From: Alphaproteobacteria bacterium
GTDB lineage: Bacteria; Pseudomonadota; Alphaproteobacteria; Rs-D84
Direction: 5' to 3'
NCBI GenBank assembly: GCA_017642585.1
Contig: JAGCOR010000025.1
Coordinates: 19,537 to 83,536, forward strand
DNA length: 64,000 bases
The first letter of the stretch is position 1. Each line of letters starts with the position of its first letter. Of this stretch, positions 55,856-64,000 are shown piece after piece. The position numbers and the translations under genes are program-made. The notes beneath the pieces were generated by a model. The model was not told the DNA's origin. It worked only from the letters and a program-made list of their open reading frames with translations, and did not search any database.

Positions 55856-55957
55856 TCTTACATTTTTTTGTGTCATTTGGTTGTTTTTATGCTTTACTCA
55901 TTTTTTCTAAAATGTTATAATTTAATATATCAATAAATGGCAAGGAAGGGTTTTACT

Positions 55958-57505
55958 ATGAAAACTAATATGTTTATGATTCTGGGATGCGTTGCATTGG
56001 CTGGTTGTATGGGGACAAACACTCAATATCGTGATGTTGATTATGATACACCAACCGTCGATTATGTTGAACGTTTGAATGTTAACGATGCACCAAACAA
56101 AGATTCTTTCTTGAATCAGTTGGCGATGAATTATCGTTCTTATGCTATATATAATGCCAGAACCAGTGGATACCCAGAAATAGGGGAATTATTTGCACAA
56201 AAGGCAATCGGTGCGTTTTCTGGTGAAAAACCATTTCCTGAAAATTTAGATAGTTGGAACATTGAATCAGAAGAAGATAGATTTGAAATCTATAACGCAT
56301 ATAATGAATTGATGGAAATTTTAAAAAGTGACGCTGTTGATTCACAACCAAGATTGGTTGCAGAATCCCAGGCTAAATTTGATTGTTGGATGTCTGCAAC
56401 TGCCAGTGGCCAAGAAGCAACAGCCCAAGAATGTAAAAAACGTTTTTATAATACATACCAGGCTTTGAAAGAATGTTTGGAAGGCAAAGTCCCATCAGCG
56501 GTAACGCAGGTTAAATCAGAAATTGTTATGGCTGATAAACCAGTGGCTGAACCAGAAGAGGAATATTATCCAGAAACATATCGTTTGAATGCTATGTCTG
56601 GAACAACCAGAAACCGCGAAGGTGTTATCATTGTTAATAATATCAATATCCCTTCGAATTTGGTTCAACCTGTGCCAGTTCCACAAGTTGTAGCACAACA
56701 ACAACCAACACCTATGGTATTTAACCAGAATATTTACAGTTTGGATGAATCTAATCATACTGCTGCGCGTGATTGCGGATGCAGAAACGGTGTTATAATC
56801 AAAGAAGTAATTGTTAAAGACGAAGATGGTGAAGACAGAGTTGAAAAAGTAGAAGCACCATGTGATTGTCCAAAGGCAGAACCTGTTGAAGAACCAGAAG
56901 AAATACCAGAAGTTGATAAAGAATATGTTTCCAGGGAAGAATTCATCAATTTGATGATGGCGATGAGATCTGATTTGTTGGCAATTAATAAACGCCTTGA
57001 TGAATTGGAAATCAAACCAGAACCCAGCAATGAAAAGACTGTTATCAAGGTTCAACAGATTCCATTAGAACCCAGACAACATATTATGGAAGAAATCTTC
57101 GAAGTCAGATTTGATTTTGATAAATCTACGATTAAACCAGAATATGAAGAAATAATTAGAAAATTGGCTACTGCAACCCAAGAAAACAAAAATGTAAAGG
57201 TTTCTGTGGTTGGTCATACAGATACGTCCGGTTCGAATGCTTATAATTATGCTTTGGGTGGTCGTCGTGCAGAAGCCGTTCAAAAGATGTTAATCGAATA
57301 TGGAATTCCTGCTTCCCAGATAATTGCGGTTTCTGCAGGGGAAGAAGATTTGAAAGTTCCAACTCCAAACAACACGCCTAACGCAGAAAACCGCCGCGTT
57401 CGTGTTGTAAAGGAAATCCATTTTGAAGAGCCTGCGAAACCTGCACCAATCGTCGTAGAAGAATATAAAGAAGCAGACGATTGTGAAGATTGCGCAGAAG
57501 ATTAA
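55958..57505 (+). CDS. OmpA-family peptidoglycan-associated lipoprotein with a long N-terminal extension
   Basis: Start at MKTNMF. Lipobox VALAGC. C-terminal OmpA domain FDFDKSTIKPE...VVGHTDTSGSNAYNYALGGRRAEAV...NRRV. Confidence 0.8.
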   Translation: MKTNMFMILGCVALAGCMGTNTQYRDVDYDTPTVDYVERLNVNDAPNKDSFLNQLAMNYRSYAIYNARTSGYPEIGELFAQKAIGAFSGEKPFPENLDSWNIESEEDRFEIYNAYNELMEILKSDAVDSQPRLVAESQAKFDCWMSATASGQEATAQECKKRFYNTYQALKECLEGKVPSAVTQVKSEIVMADKPVAEPEEEYYPETYRLNAMSGTTRNREGVIIVNNINIPSNLVQPVPVPQVVAQQQPTPMVFNQNIYSLDESNHTAARDCGCRNGVIIKEVIVKDEDGEDRVEKVEAPCDCPKAEPVEEPEEIPEVDKEYVSREEFINLMMAMRSDLLAINKRLDELEIKPEPSNEKTVIKVQQIPLEPRQHIMEEIFEVRFDFDKSTIKPEYEEIIRKLATATQENKNVKVSVVGHTDTSGSNAYNYALGGRRAEAVQKMLIEYGIPASQIIAVSAGEEDLKVPTPNNTPNAENRRVRVVKEIHFEEPAKPAPIVVEEYKEADDCEDCAED

Positions 57506-57531
57506 CCAAATGGTGTTTGACAAAAAAATAC

Positions 57532-57560
57532 TTGACAAAAAGTTTTTTGTCTGGTATAAA
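57532..57560 (+). promoter_or_regulatory. Candidate sigma70 promoter (TTGACA, 17 nt spacer, TATAAA)
   Basis: Consensus -35 at 57532-57537 (a second TTGACA lies at 57517-57522) and -10 at 57555-57560. Pattern match only. Confidence 0.45.
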
Positions 57561-57607
57561 TACCACATGACAAATACCAGAATATGATATCGAAAAGGTA
57601 AATAAAG

Positions 57608-57748
57608 ATGGCAGATAAATTTATAGGAGCAAAAAAGCGCTTGGGATTGGCTGGTAATACAGTGGCTTTTAATGATGCTTCAAGAAAAGTTTTGGATGTC
57701 GCAGGAAAATTGCGTATGCGCGATGTTTTCCCTGAAAAAGAGATTTAA
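57608..57748 (+). CDS. Candidate 46-codon small ORF in the rho upstream region
   Basis: ATG 57608 preceded by AAAAGG. Translation is MADKFIGAKKRLGLAGNTVAFNDASRKVLDVAGKLRMRDVFPEKEI. Too short for the ORF track and no homology assessed. Confidence 0.25.
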   Translation: MADKFIGAKKRLGLAGNTVAFNDASRKVLDVAGKLRMRDVFPEKEI

Positions 57749-57810
57749 TTTCAGGGTATTGTTTCTGTGATATCGTTTTTTGTCGGGTTGTTATGATTTG
57801 TTTGAACAAC

Positions 57811-57839
57811 TTGACTTGTTTGTCTGGGTTTATTAAAAT
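57811..57839 (+). promoter_or_regulatory. Candidate promoter proximal to rho (TTGACT, 17 nt spacer, TAAAAT)
   Basis: -35 at 57811-57816 and -10 at 57834-57839, about 55 nt upstream of ATG 57894. Confidence 0.4.
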
Positions 57840-57893
57840 TAAACTATCAAGCACTGGAATTCTTCGGTGCAATTTCCAAAAAAGGTATTTTTT

Positions 57894-59162
57894 ATGCATG
57901 TAAATGAATTAAAGACAAAGTCACCTCAACAGTTGTTGAAGATGGCTGAAGATATGGGGATTGAAAATCCTTCTCAATTAAATGTTCAACAATTACGTTT
58001 TGCGGTTATGCGTGTGTATGCGGCCGATAAATCTATCACTTTGATTGGTGATGGGGTGTTGGAACGTATGCCAGACGGTTTTGGATTTTTACGCGCCCCA
58101 GAAAGTAATTATTTGGCTGGGCCTGATGATTTATATGTGTCGCCAAATTTGATTAAAAAGTATGGATTAAAAACTGGCGATTATGTCGAAGGTCAAATCC
58201 AGGCACCACAAAATGAATCTGAACGTTATTTCGCATTGGAAACAATCGAACGCGTTAATGGTGGGGATCCTGACAATTTACGTCATCGTATATCTTTTGA
58301 TGATATGACCCCATTGTATCCTGATGAAAAATTAAAAATGGAAGTTGAAGACGATCCAGACAAAGGACGCAATTTGTCCGCTCGTGTTATCGATTTGATT
58401 TCCCCAACAGGCAAAGGGCAACGTTCATTGATTGTTGCGCCACCAAGAACTGGTAAAACAGTTATGTTGCAAAATATTGCTCATTCAATCGCAACAAATT
58501 ATCCAGATGTTAAATTGATTGTGTTATTGATTGACGAACGTCCAGAAGAAGTTACCGATATGCAACGCAGTGTTCGTGGCGAAGTGATTTCATCCACTTT
58601 TGATGAACCTGCAACACGTCATATCCAGGTTGCCGAAATGGTTATTGAAAAAGCTAAACGTTTGGTCGAAGCAGGGCAAGACGTTGTTATCTTGTTAGAT
58701 TCTATCACGCGTTTGGGGCGTGCATATAATACGGTTGTTCCATCCAGTGGTAAAGTGTTGACTGGTGGTGTGGACGCATATGCATTGCAAAGACCAAAAC
58801 GCTTTTTTGGTGCCGCCCGTAATATCGAAGGTGGTGGTTCTTTGACTATTATTGCAACCGCTTTGATAGATACAGGTTCCAAGATGGACGAAGTTGTATT
58901 TGAAGAATTTAAGGGCACAGGTAACAGCGAAATTATTTTGGACAGAAAATTGTCCGATAAACGTGTTTATCCGGCCATAGATATAACTAAATCTGGTACC
59001 CGCAAAGAAGATTTATTGGTTTCCAAAGATACATTGTCAAAGATGTATGTTTTGCGCCGTATAATAAATCCTATGGGCACATTGGAAGCGATGGAATTTT
59101 TGTTGGATAAATTAAGATTAACAAAAACCAACGAAGATTTCTTTAATTCTATGAATCAATAA
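57894..59162 (+). CDS. rho: Transcription termination factor Rho
   Basis: Start at [15 protein letters not shown] (Rho_N). Walker [22 protein letters not shown] and ...RKEDLL. Confidence 0.95.
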   Translation: MHVNELKTKSPQQLLKMAEDMGIENPSQLNVQQLRFAVMRVYAADKSITLIGDGVLERMPDGFGFLRAPESNYLAGPDDLYVSPNLIKKYGLKTGDYVEGQIQAPQNESERYFALETIERVNGGDPDNLRHRISFDDMTPLYPDEKLKMEVEDDPDKGRNLSARVIDLISPTGKGQRSLIVAPPRTGKTVMLQNIAHSIATNYPDVKLIVLLIDERPEEVTDMQRSVRGEVISSTFDEPATRHIQVAEMVIEKAKRLVEAGQDVVILLDSITRLGRAYNTVVPSSGKVLTGGVDAYALQRPKRFFGAARNIEGGGSLTIIATALIDTGSKMDEVVFEEFKGTGNSEIILDRKLSDKRVYPAIDITKSGTRKEDLLVSKDTLSKMYVLRRIINPMGTLEAMEFLLDKLRLTKTNEDFFNSMNQ

Positions 59163-59168
59163 AATTAT

Positions 59169-59222
59169 AAATCCGCCATTATTAATGACCCGGGGTGGCC
59201 GTTTTTATGGCGGATTTTTTAT
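59169..59222 (+). terminator. Putative terminator hairpin after rho
   Basis: AATCCGCCAT...ATGGCGGATT is a 10-bp stem with a long loop, followed by TTTTTT. Confidence 0.45.
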
Positions 59223-59240
59223 ATTCAAAAAAGGATTATT

Positions 59241-59480
59241 ATGAATAAATTATATTTAATTGGATTAATTGGGGCGATTGTTTGTGGTGCTTATTTTTAT
59301 GGGGCAAATGTGGCGGATGCAAAATGCAAGATGAATCAAGCCCAAGCAAATTTGCAAAACATGCAAAATACACAAATTCAAATAATAGAAAGCAAAAGGA
59401 AAAATCATGAAATTGTTTATAAAACTGGGGTGCGCGATATTCGTAACATCTTGTGCGATAAATACACAATCGCAGAATAA
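59241..59480 (+). CDS. Small N-terminally anchored membrane protein (79 aa), i-spanin-like architecture
   Basis: AAAAGGA RBS and the TM helix LYLIGLIGAIVCGAYFY, followed by a Q/N-rich helical region. Its 3' end overlaps the next ORF. Confidence 0.5.
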   Translation: MNKLYLIGLIGAIVCGAYFYGANVADAKCKMNQAQANLQNMQNTQIQIIESKRKNHEIVYKTGVRDIRNILCDKYTIAE

Positions 59481-59601
59481 TTCAGCATGTTATTGCGATA
59501 TTATATACGGGCATAAATCTGATTGGCAAACAATCAGTGATGACCTGGCGCGCAACATATATGAACATAATTTAAATTGTGAGAAATGTATCAAAGAATG
59601 A
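59407..59601 (+). CDS. Small lipoprotein (64 aa), o-spanin-like position
   Basis: Lipobox FVTSC. Starts in the +1 frame, 74 nt before the end of ORF 59241-59480. AAAAGGAAAAA lies upstream of its ATG. Confidence 0.45.
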   Translation: MKLFIKLGCAIFVTSCAINTQSQNNSACYCDIIYGHKSDWQTISDDLARNIYEHNLNCEKCIKE

Positions 59602-59604
59602 ATT

Positions 59605-60597
59605 TTATTTTTTATATGTTTCGATTACGCTTTCAGCGGCAGTTTGAATTTTTTCTAATGCCTTTTCGTATGTGGCGCAATCGCGGGTAATTTCAGTTTT
59701 ATATGCATCGCGCATATTATTTGACATATAATTGCAAGCACGCAGATGATTTACACAATATGTATGACCGGCGCCAAATGCATTTTGACCGCGAACACGG
59801 CTTTCCATATCGGCCCAATCAATATTCAAAGCATTATCTAAACTGACCCATGGGTTTGTGCCAGTGTAAACACCGACCGTTGAATCCCAATATGCCTTGA
59901 TTTCTGCATCTGTGGCATCTGTGTTATATTTCAATTTGATAATTTCTTGAATCAAAGAATCAATTTTTGGTTGATATTTAGAATCAATTTGAGTCAATTT
60001 TGCACTGCAGAAACAGCGGTTATATGCGGTATTTGAACGTTCGCAATATTCATCCATGCATTCTTTGTAATCTGCAAAACATTTCTGTGAAGATATTGTT
60101 GAACTGGAATTATAATTTGCCCTGACATTTGTTGTTCCAGAACGTGTTGTGCTGCGCAGTGCGGTGCCACGTGCTTTGACCTGGCGGTTTGAAAGATTAC
60201 GATTTGCGTTTCTGGCGCGTGCATTTGCAGTGGCCGAACGAACCGTAACTGATTTTCTGGGGACAACACGACGGGCCGTGGGTTTTGTTGGTGCAGGCTG
60301 TTTTTGTGCAGGTGCCGCGGATCTCGCCGTTGTGGCACGTGCATTTGTTTTGCGTTTCACAACACGGCGTTTGCCCATTGTTGATTGGTTAGAATTGCCA
60401 GATGCTGTCTTTTTTTCAGATTTTGTTGCGCCCACCAACCCCAAAGCATTATTTGATTGTGGTTGATTGATAGATGAAGGATAAACATTTTTATATAAAG
60501 ATTTGTTTATAAAACGATTGCCCGTTTCGACCCCAACAGACATAGTTGGTATCAACAACAAACCGAACAACAAAGAAGCAATTAAACCTTTCCTCAT
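59605..60597 (-). CDS. Secreted cysteine-rich protein, family member D (330 aa, short form)
   Basis: Signal peptide. Basic R/T/A/N low-complexity tract (aa ~74-165) like member A. Signature CFADYKECMDEYCERSNTAYNRCFCS. Second block YCVNHLRACNYMSNNMRDAYKTEITRDC. Confidence 0.7.
   Translation of the reverse strand: MRKGLIASLLFGLLLIPTMSVGVETGNRFINKSLYKNVYPSSINQPQSNNALGLVGATKSEKKTASGNSNQSTMGKRRVVKRKTNARATTARSAAPAQKQPAPTKPTARRVVPRKSVTVRSATANARARNANRNLSNRQVKARGTALRSTTRSGTTNVRANYNSSSTISSQKCFADYKECMDEYCERSNTAYNRCFCSAKLTQIDSKYQPKIDSLIQEIIKLKYNTDATDAEIKAYWDSTVGVYTGTNPWVSLDNALNIDWADMESRVRGQNAFGAGHTYCVNHLRACNYMSNNMRDAYKTEITRDCATYEKALEKIQTAAESVIETYKK
60004..60081 (-). other. Family signature motif, member D
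   Basis: Translation CFADYKECMDEYCERSNTAYNRCFCS at aa 173-198. Confidence 0.8.
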
Positions 60598-60743
60598 GCT
60601 GTATATTGTACAATTTTTTTATAAAATAAACAAGAACAAAAAAACATGTTTGCTAATATGTTTAAATGGCGTTTTTTGTGAAATAAAATAGGAAAATATA
60701 TAAAAAATACTTTGCAAAAATTTTTAAGTTTGATAGGATTGTA

Positions 60744-60761
60744 TACATATACGTATATGTA
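60744..60761. promoter_or_regulatory. Perfect 18-bp palindrome TACATATAC|GTATATGTA just upstream of the tolC RBS (operator candidate)
   Basis: Read directly from the sequence. It ends 10 nt before ATG 60772 and abuts AGAGGGG. Confidence 0.35.
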
Positions 60762-60771
60762 AGAGGGGTTT

Positions 60772-62100
60772 ATGAAAAAATTCGCACTTGTTTTGGCGTT
60801 TCTGCCGGGGATTGTCTTTGCAGAAGATGATTGTGCAACCCGCAGAACTGTGCCAGATACAGTCCAATCATTACAAGATGTTGTGCAATTGGGTTTATGC
60901 AGAAATCCGCAAACTGCGGCTGCGTATGCTTCGTTGCGCGCCACACATTTTAATAAAAATGCCGCATATTCCAGTTATTTGCCCAGTGTTAATGCTGGTT
61001 TATCTGCGGGCAAAGATTACAGAAACAAAGATTGGGATGATTGGTCATATGGTGCATCAATTTCTGCATCTTATTTGATTTTTGATTTTGGAAAAAGATT
61101 GGCCGATATGAATCAGGTAATTTCTGCGTATCGTGCGGCGGGATTTGATTTCAATGAAACTGTGCAAAATTTTGTGTATGGTTTGGTTGGGTCGTATTAT
61201 GAATTGTTAAAGGCAGATGCGGATGTTGAATCTGCAAAATCTGCATTGACTGTGGCACAGACCGCGTATGATACTGCATCTAAAAAATTCAAGGCAGGTG
61301 TTGTCGCCAAAGCAGACGTGTTAAAGGCAGAAACCAGATTGGCGAATTCAAAATTGTCTGTGGAAAAAGCAAAAAACAGTCGTGAAATTACCAAGGGAAC
61401 TTTGTTGACTAAATTGTCTTTCCCTGCAGAACAAGATATCAAAATTGCAGATATGTCTTCCAGTTTCGGTAGTGATGCAGAAAGCGAAAGTGTCGAAGAA
61501 TTAATCAATATCGCACGTGAAAAAAGACCTGATTTGTTAAAAGCATCAGCAAACAAAGATGCTGCATGGCATAAAAGAAATGCCGCGTTTTTGAAAAATT
61601 TGCCGTCAATTTCGGCCAGTGGTTCTGTATCTTGGAATGATGACAGTTTGGGCGATTTGTTCGCGCCAGATTCAAATAAAATAAATGGATCGATTGGTAT
61701 TCGTGTTTCTATGCCTTTGTTTGCAGGATTTGCGAATATGTACGGTGTACGTGCAGCCGAAGCAGAATATGATCGTGCAAAATATAATGAACAGCAAACC
61801 ACAAATGCCGCAATGTTAGATATTTTTACAGCATATCACAACTATAAAACGGCACGAACTGTTTTGACTCAAACTGAATCTTTGTTGAAATCTGCCACGG
61901 AATCTGAACGGGTTACAGCAGGTATGTACAAAGTTGGTCGTGCAACTATGTTAGATTGGCAAACGGCCCAATCTGAATTGATTGATGCCCAGCGTCAAAA
62001 TAATTCTGCAAAATATGATTTGTTTGTAAAACGGGCGGCGGTTGCGTTGGCCATAGGCGATATTAAATCTGAATTAGAGGGGTTAAAGGATGAGAAATAA
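60772..62100 (+). CDS. tolC: TolC-family outer membrane efflux protein
   Basis: Signal peptide MKKFALVLAFLPGIVFA. Two internal repeats begin ...YSSYLPSVNAGLSAG and ...FLKNLPSISASGSVS. Followed by adaptor and ABC genes. Confidence 0.8.
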   Translation: MKKFALVLAFLPGIVFAEDDCATRRTVPDTVQSLQDVVQLGLCRNPQTAAAYASLRATHFNKNAAYSSYLPSVNAGLSAGKDYRNKDWDDWSYGASISASYLIFDFGKRLADMNQVISAYRAAGFDFNETVQNFVYGLVGSYYELLKADADVESAKSALTVAQTAYDTASKKFKAGVVAKADVLKAETRLANSKLSVEKAKNSREITKGTLLTKLSFPAEQDIKIADMSSSFGSDAESESVEELINIAREKRPDLLKASANKDAAWHKRNAAFLKNLPSISASGSVSWNDDSLGDLFAPDSNKINGSIGIRVSMPLFAGFANMYGVRAAEAEYDRAKYNEQQTTNAAMLDIFTAYHNYKTARTVLTQTESLLKSATESERVTAGMYKVGRATMLDWQTAQSELIDAQRQNNSAKYDLFVKRAAVALAIGDIKSELEGLKDEK

Positions 62101-63262
62101 AAAAAGTTGGGTTTTCCGTCATAAATGGTTGGTTTTATTCCTGCTGGTGTTATGCGGATTGGGATATATGTTTTTTGGAACTGCCGCAAAACAGGCAGAA
62201 AAGAAATATGTAACCGCAGATATCAGTAGGGGGGATTTATCTCAAATTGTAACTGCGACTGGTGAAATTATGCCTGTGAATACGGTTAATGTTGGATCAC
62301 AAGTGTCGGGTACAATTGAAGCTATTTATGTAGATTACAATTCGACTGTTAAAAAGGGTGATATTTTATTAAAGATAGAACCATCTGTGTTACAGGCATC
62401 TGTGGATGAAGCCAAAGCGTCCCTTGATTCTGCACAATCTCAAATGCAATATGCGAAAAACGAATATAATCGTAATCAAACTTTATACAAAGAAGGTTTT
62501 ATTGCACGTGCAGAAATGGAACAATCTCAAACCCAATACGAACAGGCAAATGCTTCCGTTATACGTGCACAATCTCAATATGACAAAGCCGTTACAAATT
62601 TAGGCTATGCAACAATTACATCACCGGTCGATGGAACTGTGATTTCGCGTAAAGTCGACAAAGGGCAAACCGTTGCCGCGTCTTTCCAAACACCTGATTT
62701 GTTCTTGATTGCAGAAGATTTAACAAAAATGCAAATCGAAACATCTGTATCCGAAGCGGATATTGGTGTTATCAAACAAAATCAATCTGTAACATTTACG
62801 GTTGATGCGTATTCAGGACAAACATTTGTTGGTTCTGTGCGCCAGGTCAGATTGTCCCCAACAACAACATCAAATGTGGTTGTTTATACTGTGGTAATTG
62901 ATGTAGATAATGCTGATTTGAAATTGATGCCGGGTATGACTGCATTTGTGACAATTATTGTTGATGCAGTGAAAGATGTTTGGAAAGTGCAAAATTCTGC
63001 ACTGTTGATGCGTTCTTTCAATGGAATTGTTGAAAACCATGATGAAAGCATAACACCAAAAACACACTTGGCTATACAACGTGGTAAAGAAGTTGTGTTT
63101 GTTCCTTATACCAAAGGTTTGGCCAGCCCAACTGAAACAGAAATTAAATCTGACCAAATACAAGAGGGCGATAAAGTTATCATGGGCTATGTCGGGCAAA
63201 CATCAAAACGAAGCAACAATAATAATCGTGGCGGTATGATGGGCGGTCCGAGACCTCGTTAA
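62090..63262 (+). CDS. macA: Efflux periplasmic adaptor (HlyD/MacA family)
   Basis: N-terminal TM helix, ...TATGEIMPVNTVNVGSQVSGTI... lipoyl-like region, a coiled-coil hairpin and ...ITSPVDGTVISRKVDKGQTV. Confidence 0.8.
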   Translation: MRNKKSWVFRHKWLVLFLLVLCGLGYMFFGTAAKQAEKKYVTADISRGDLSQIVTATGEIMPVNTVNVGSQVSGTIEAIYVDYNSTVKKGDILLKIEPSVLQASVDEAKASLDSAQSQMQYAKNEYNRNQTLYKEGFIARAEMEQSQTQYEQANASVIRAQSQYDKAVTNLGYATITSPVDGTVISRKVDKGQTVAASFQTPDLFLIAEDLTKMQIETSVSEADIGVIKQNQSVTFTVDAYSGQTFVGSVRQVRLSPTTTSNVVVYTVVIDVDNADLKLMPGMTAFVTIIVDAVKDVWKVQNSALLMRSFNGIVENHDESITPKTHLAIQRGKEVVFVPYTKGLASPTETEIKSDQIQEGDKVIMGYVGQTSKRSNNNNRGGMMGGPRPR

Positions 63263-63274
63263 AGGTAAATCAGT

Positions 63275-64000
63275 ATGGCGACGCAAACACCAATAATTTT
63301 AATGAAAAAAATCTGTAAAACGTTTCCACTGGAAATCGGTGGTGAACAACAGGTTTTATTTGATATTTCTTTCAAGATTATGCCTGGGGAATTTGTGGCT
63401 ATTATGGGACCGTCGGGTTCTGGTAAATCGACATGTATGAATATTGTCGGGGCGTTAGATTCTGCGACCAGTGGTGTTTATGAATTATACGGCAAAGATA
63501 TTACAACACTGTCGCCTGATGAATTGGCCAAGATAAGAAATGAATACATTGGTTTTGTTTTCCAGAATTTTAATTTATTACCTAAACGCAATATATTGGA
63601 CAATGTTATGTTGCCTTTGATGTATCGCGGTTTACCAATGGAAGAAAGAATCAGTCGTGCGTGTGAAATGTTAAAATTAGTTGGTTTGGAAAAATTTGAA
63701 ACATATTTACCAACTCAATTATCAGGTGGTATGAAACAACGTGTTGCAATTGCGCGTGCGTTGGCGGGAAATCCTAAATTGATTTTGGCTGACGAACCAA
63801 CGGGTGCGTTAGATTCAAAAATGGGTAATGAAATTTTGAAGTTTTTCAAAAAATTAAATCATGATTTGGGAATAACCATAGTTATGATTACCCACGAATT
63901 TGAAATTGCAAAATATGCAGACCGAGTAATTCATATTTATGACGGTCATATAACCTATGACGGCAAGATTCCTAAAAATGAATCTGTGTTAACAGCATCA
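63275..64000 (+). CDS. macB: MacB-type ABC transporter, N-terminal ATPase domain; 3' end outside the window
   Basis: Not in the ORF track because it has no stop in the window. Reading by hand from ATG 63275 gives MATQTPIILMKKICKTF..., Walker A GPSGSGKST, signature LSGGMKQRVAIARAL and Walker B LILADEPTGALD. The frame stays open to base 64000. Confidence 0.8.
   Translation, partial: MATQTPIILMKKICKTFPLEIGGEQQVLFDISFKIMPGEFVAIMGPSGSGKSTCMNIVGALDSATSGVYELYGKDITTLSPDELAKIRNEYIGFVFQNFNLLPKRNILDNVMLPLMYRGLPMEERISRACEMLKLVGLEKFETYLPTQLSGGMKQRVAIARALAGNPKLILADEPTGALDSKMGNEILKFFKKLNHDLGITIVMITHEFEIAKYADRVIHIYDGHITYDGKIPKNESVLTAS

Noticed and set aside
55690-55920. ORFs 55323-55634 and 55690-55920 (alternative frames of the secreted six-Cys gene).
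   Set aside because: They are out-of-frame overlaps of ORF 55055-55855, which has the signal peptide and RBS. The alternative frames have W/C-rich nonsense composition.
59241-59601. Interpreting the spanin-like pair as evidence of a prophage lysis cassette.
   Set aside because: There is no holin, endolysin or any other phage gene within at least 10 kb on either side. Only the gene architecture is reported, as a hypothesis.

Overview
AT-rich Gram-negative chromosomal segment. The backbone is housekeeping and envelope genes, and its gene order looks alphaproteobacterial (inference): slt fragment, rnhB, pgk, clpP-clpX, infA, envC-like/ctpA, bamE, CarD-family, ssb, groES-groEL, tilS-ftsH, prmC, eno, lptC-lptB, an OmpA-family lipoprotein, rho and tolC-macA-macB. 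An anaerobe-type pyruvate:ferredoxin oxidoreductase is also present. I found one tRNA-Gln(CUG) and no rRNA, CRISPR array, integrase or transposase.

Several blocks interrupting the backbone match no family I can name:
1. Four paralogous signal-peptide-bearing cysteine-rich proteins. Three giant ones surround infA at 5054-12759 and a short one lies at 59605-60597. They share a signature C-x2-Y-x2-CMD-x-[FY]C-x(7-9)-C-x-CS and further collinear Cys blocks. Two of them end in glycine-zipper tails.
2. A translationally coupled three-gene secreted-protein operon (22364-26752). Its last two genes have unrelated N-termini, one of them a trypsin-like protease. They end in a near-identical ~0.8 kb 3' module, repeated at an offset of exactly 2170 bp.
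3. A tRNA-Gln locus followed by GC-richer ~150-bp repeat units, each led by a copy of the tRNA 3' end. The surrounding accessory islet carries an alpha/beta hydrolase, a GNAT, a possible H-Y-E ADP-ribosyltransferase-like ORF, a P-loop kinase and two tandem APH-like kinases.
4. A 1752-aa autotransporter built from GGA[ILV]/FxxN (Pmp-type) repeats.
5. A 966-aa membrane protein with no recognisable family.
6. A spanin-like overlapping gene pair (membrane protein plus lipoprotein) with no phage context.

My leading candidate for an undescribed system is the cysteine-rich, glycine-tailed secreted protein repertoire (items 1 and 2, plus ORF 55055-55855). I suspect it is an envelope or surface module, but the function is speculative. 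All calls come from reading the sequence and translations by eye; no searches were run.
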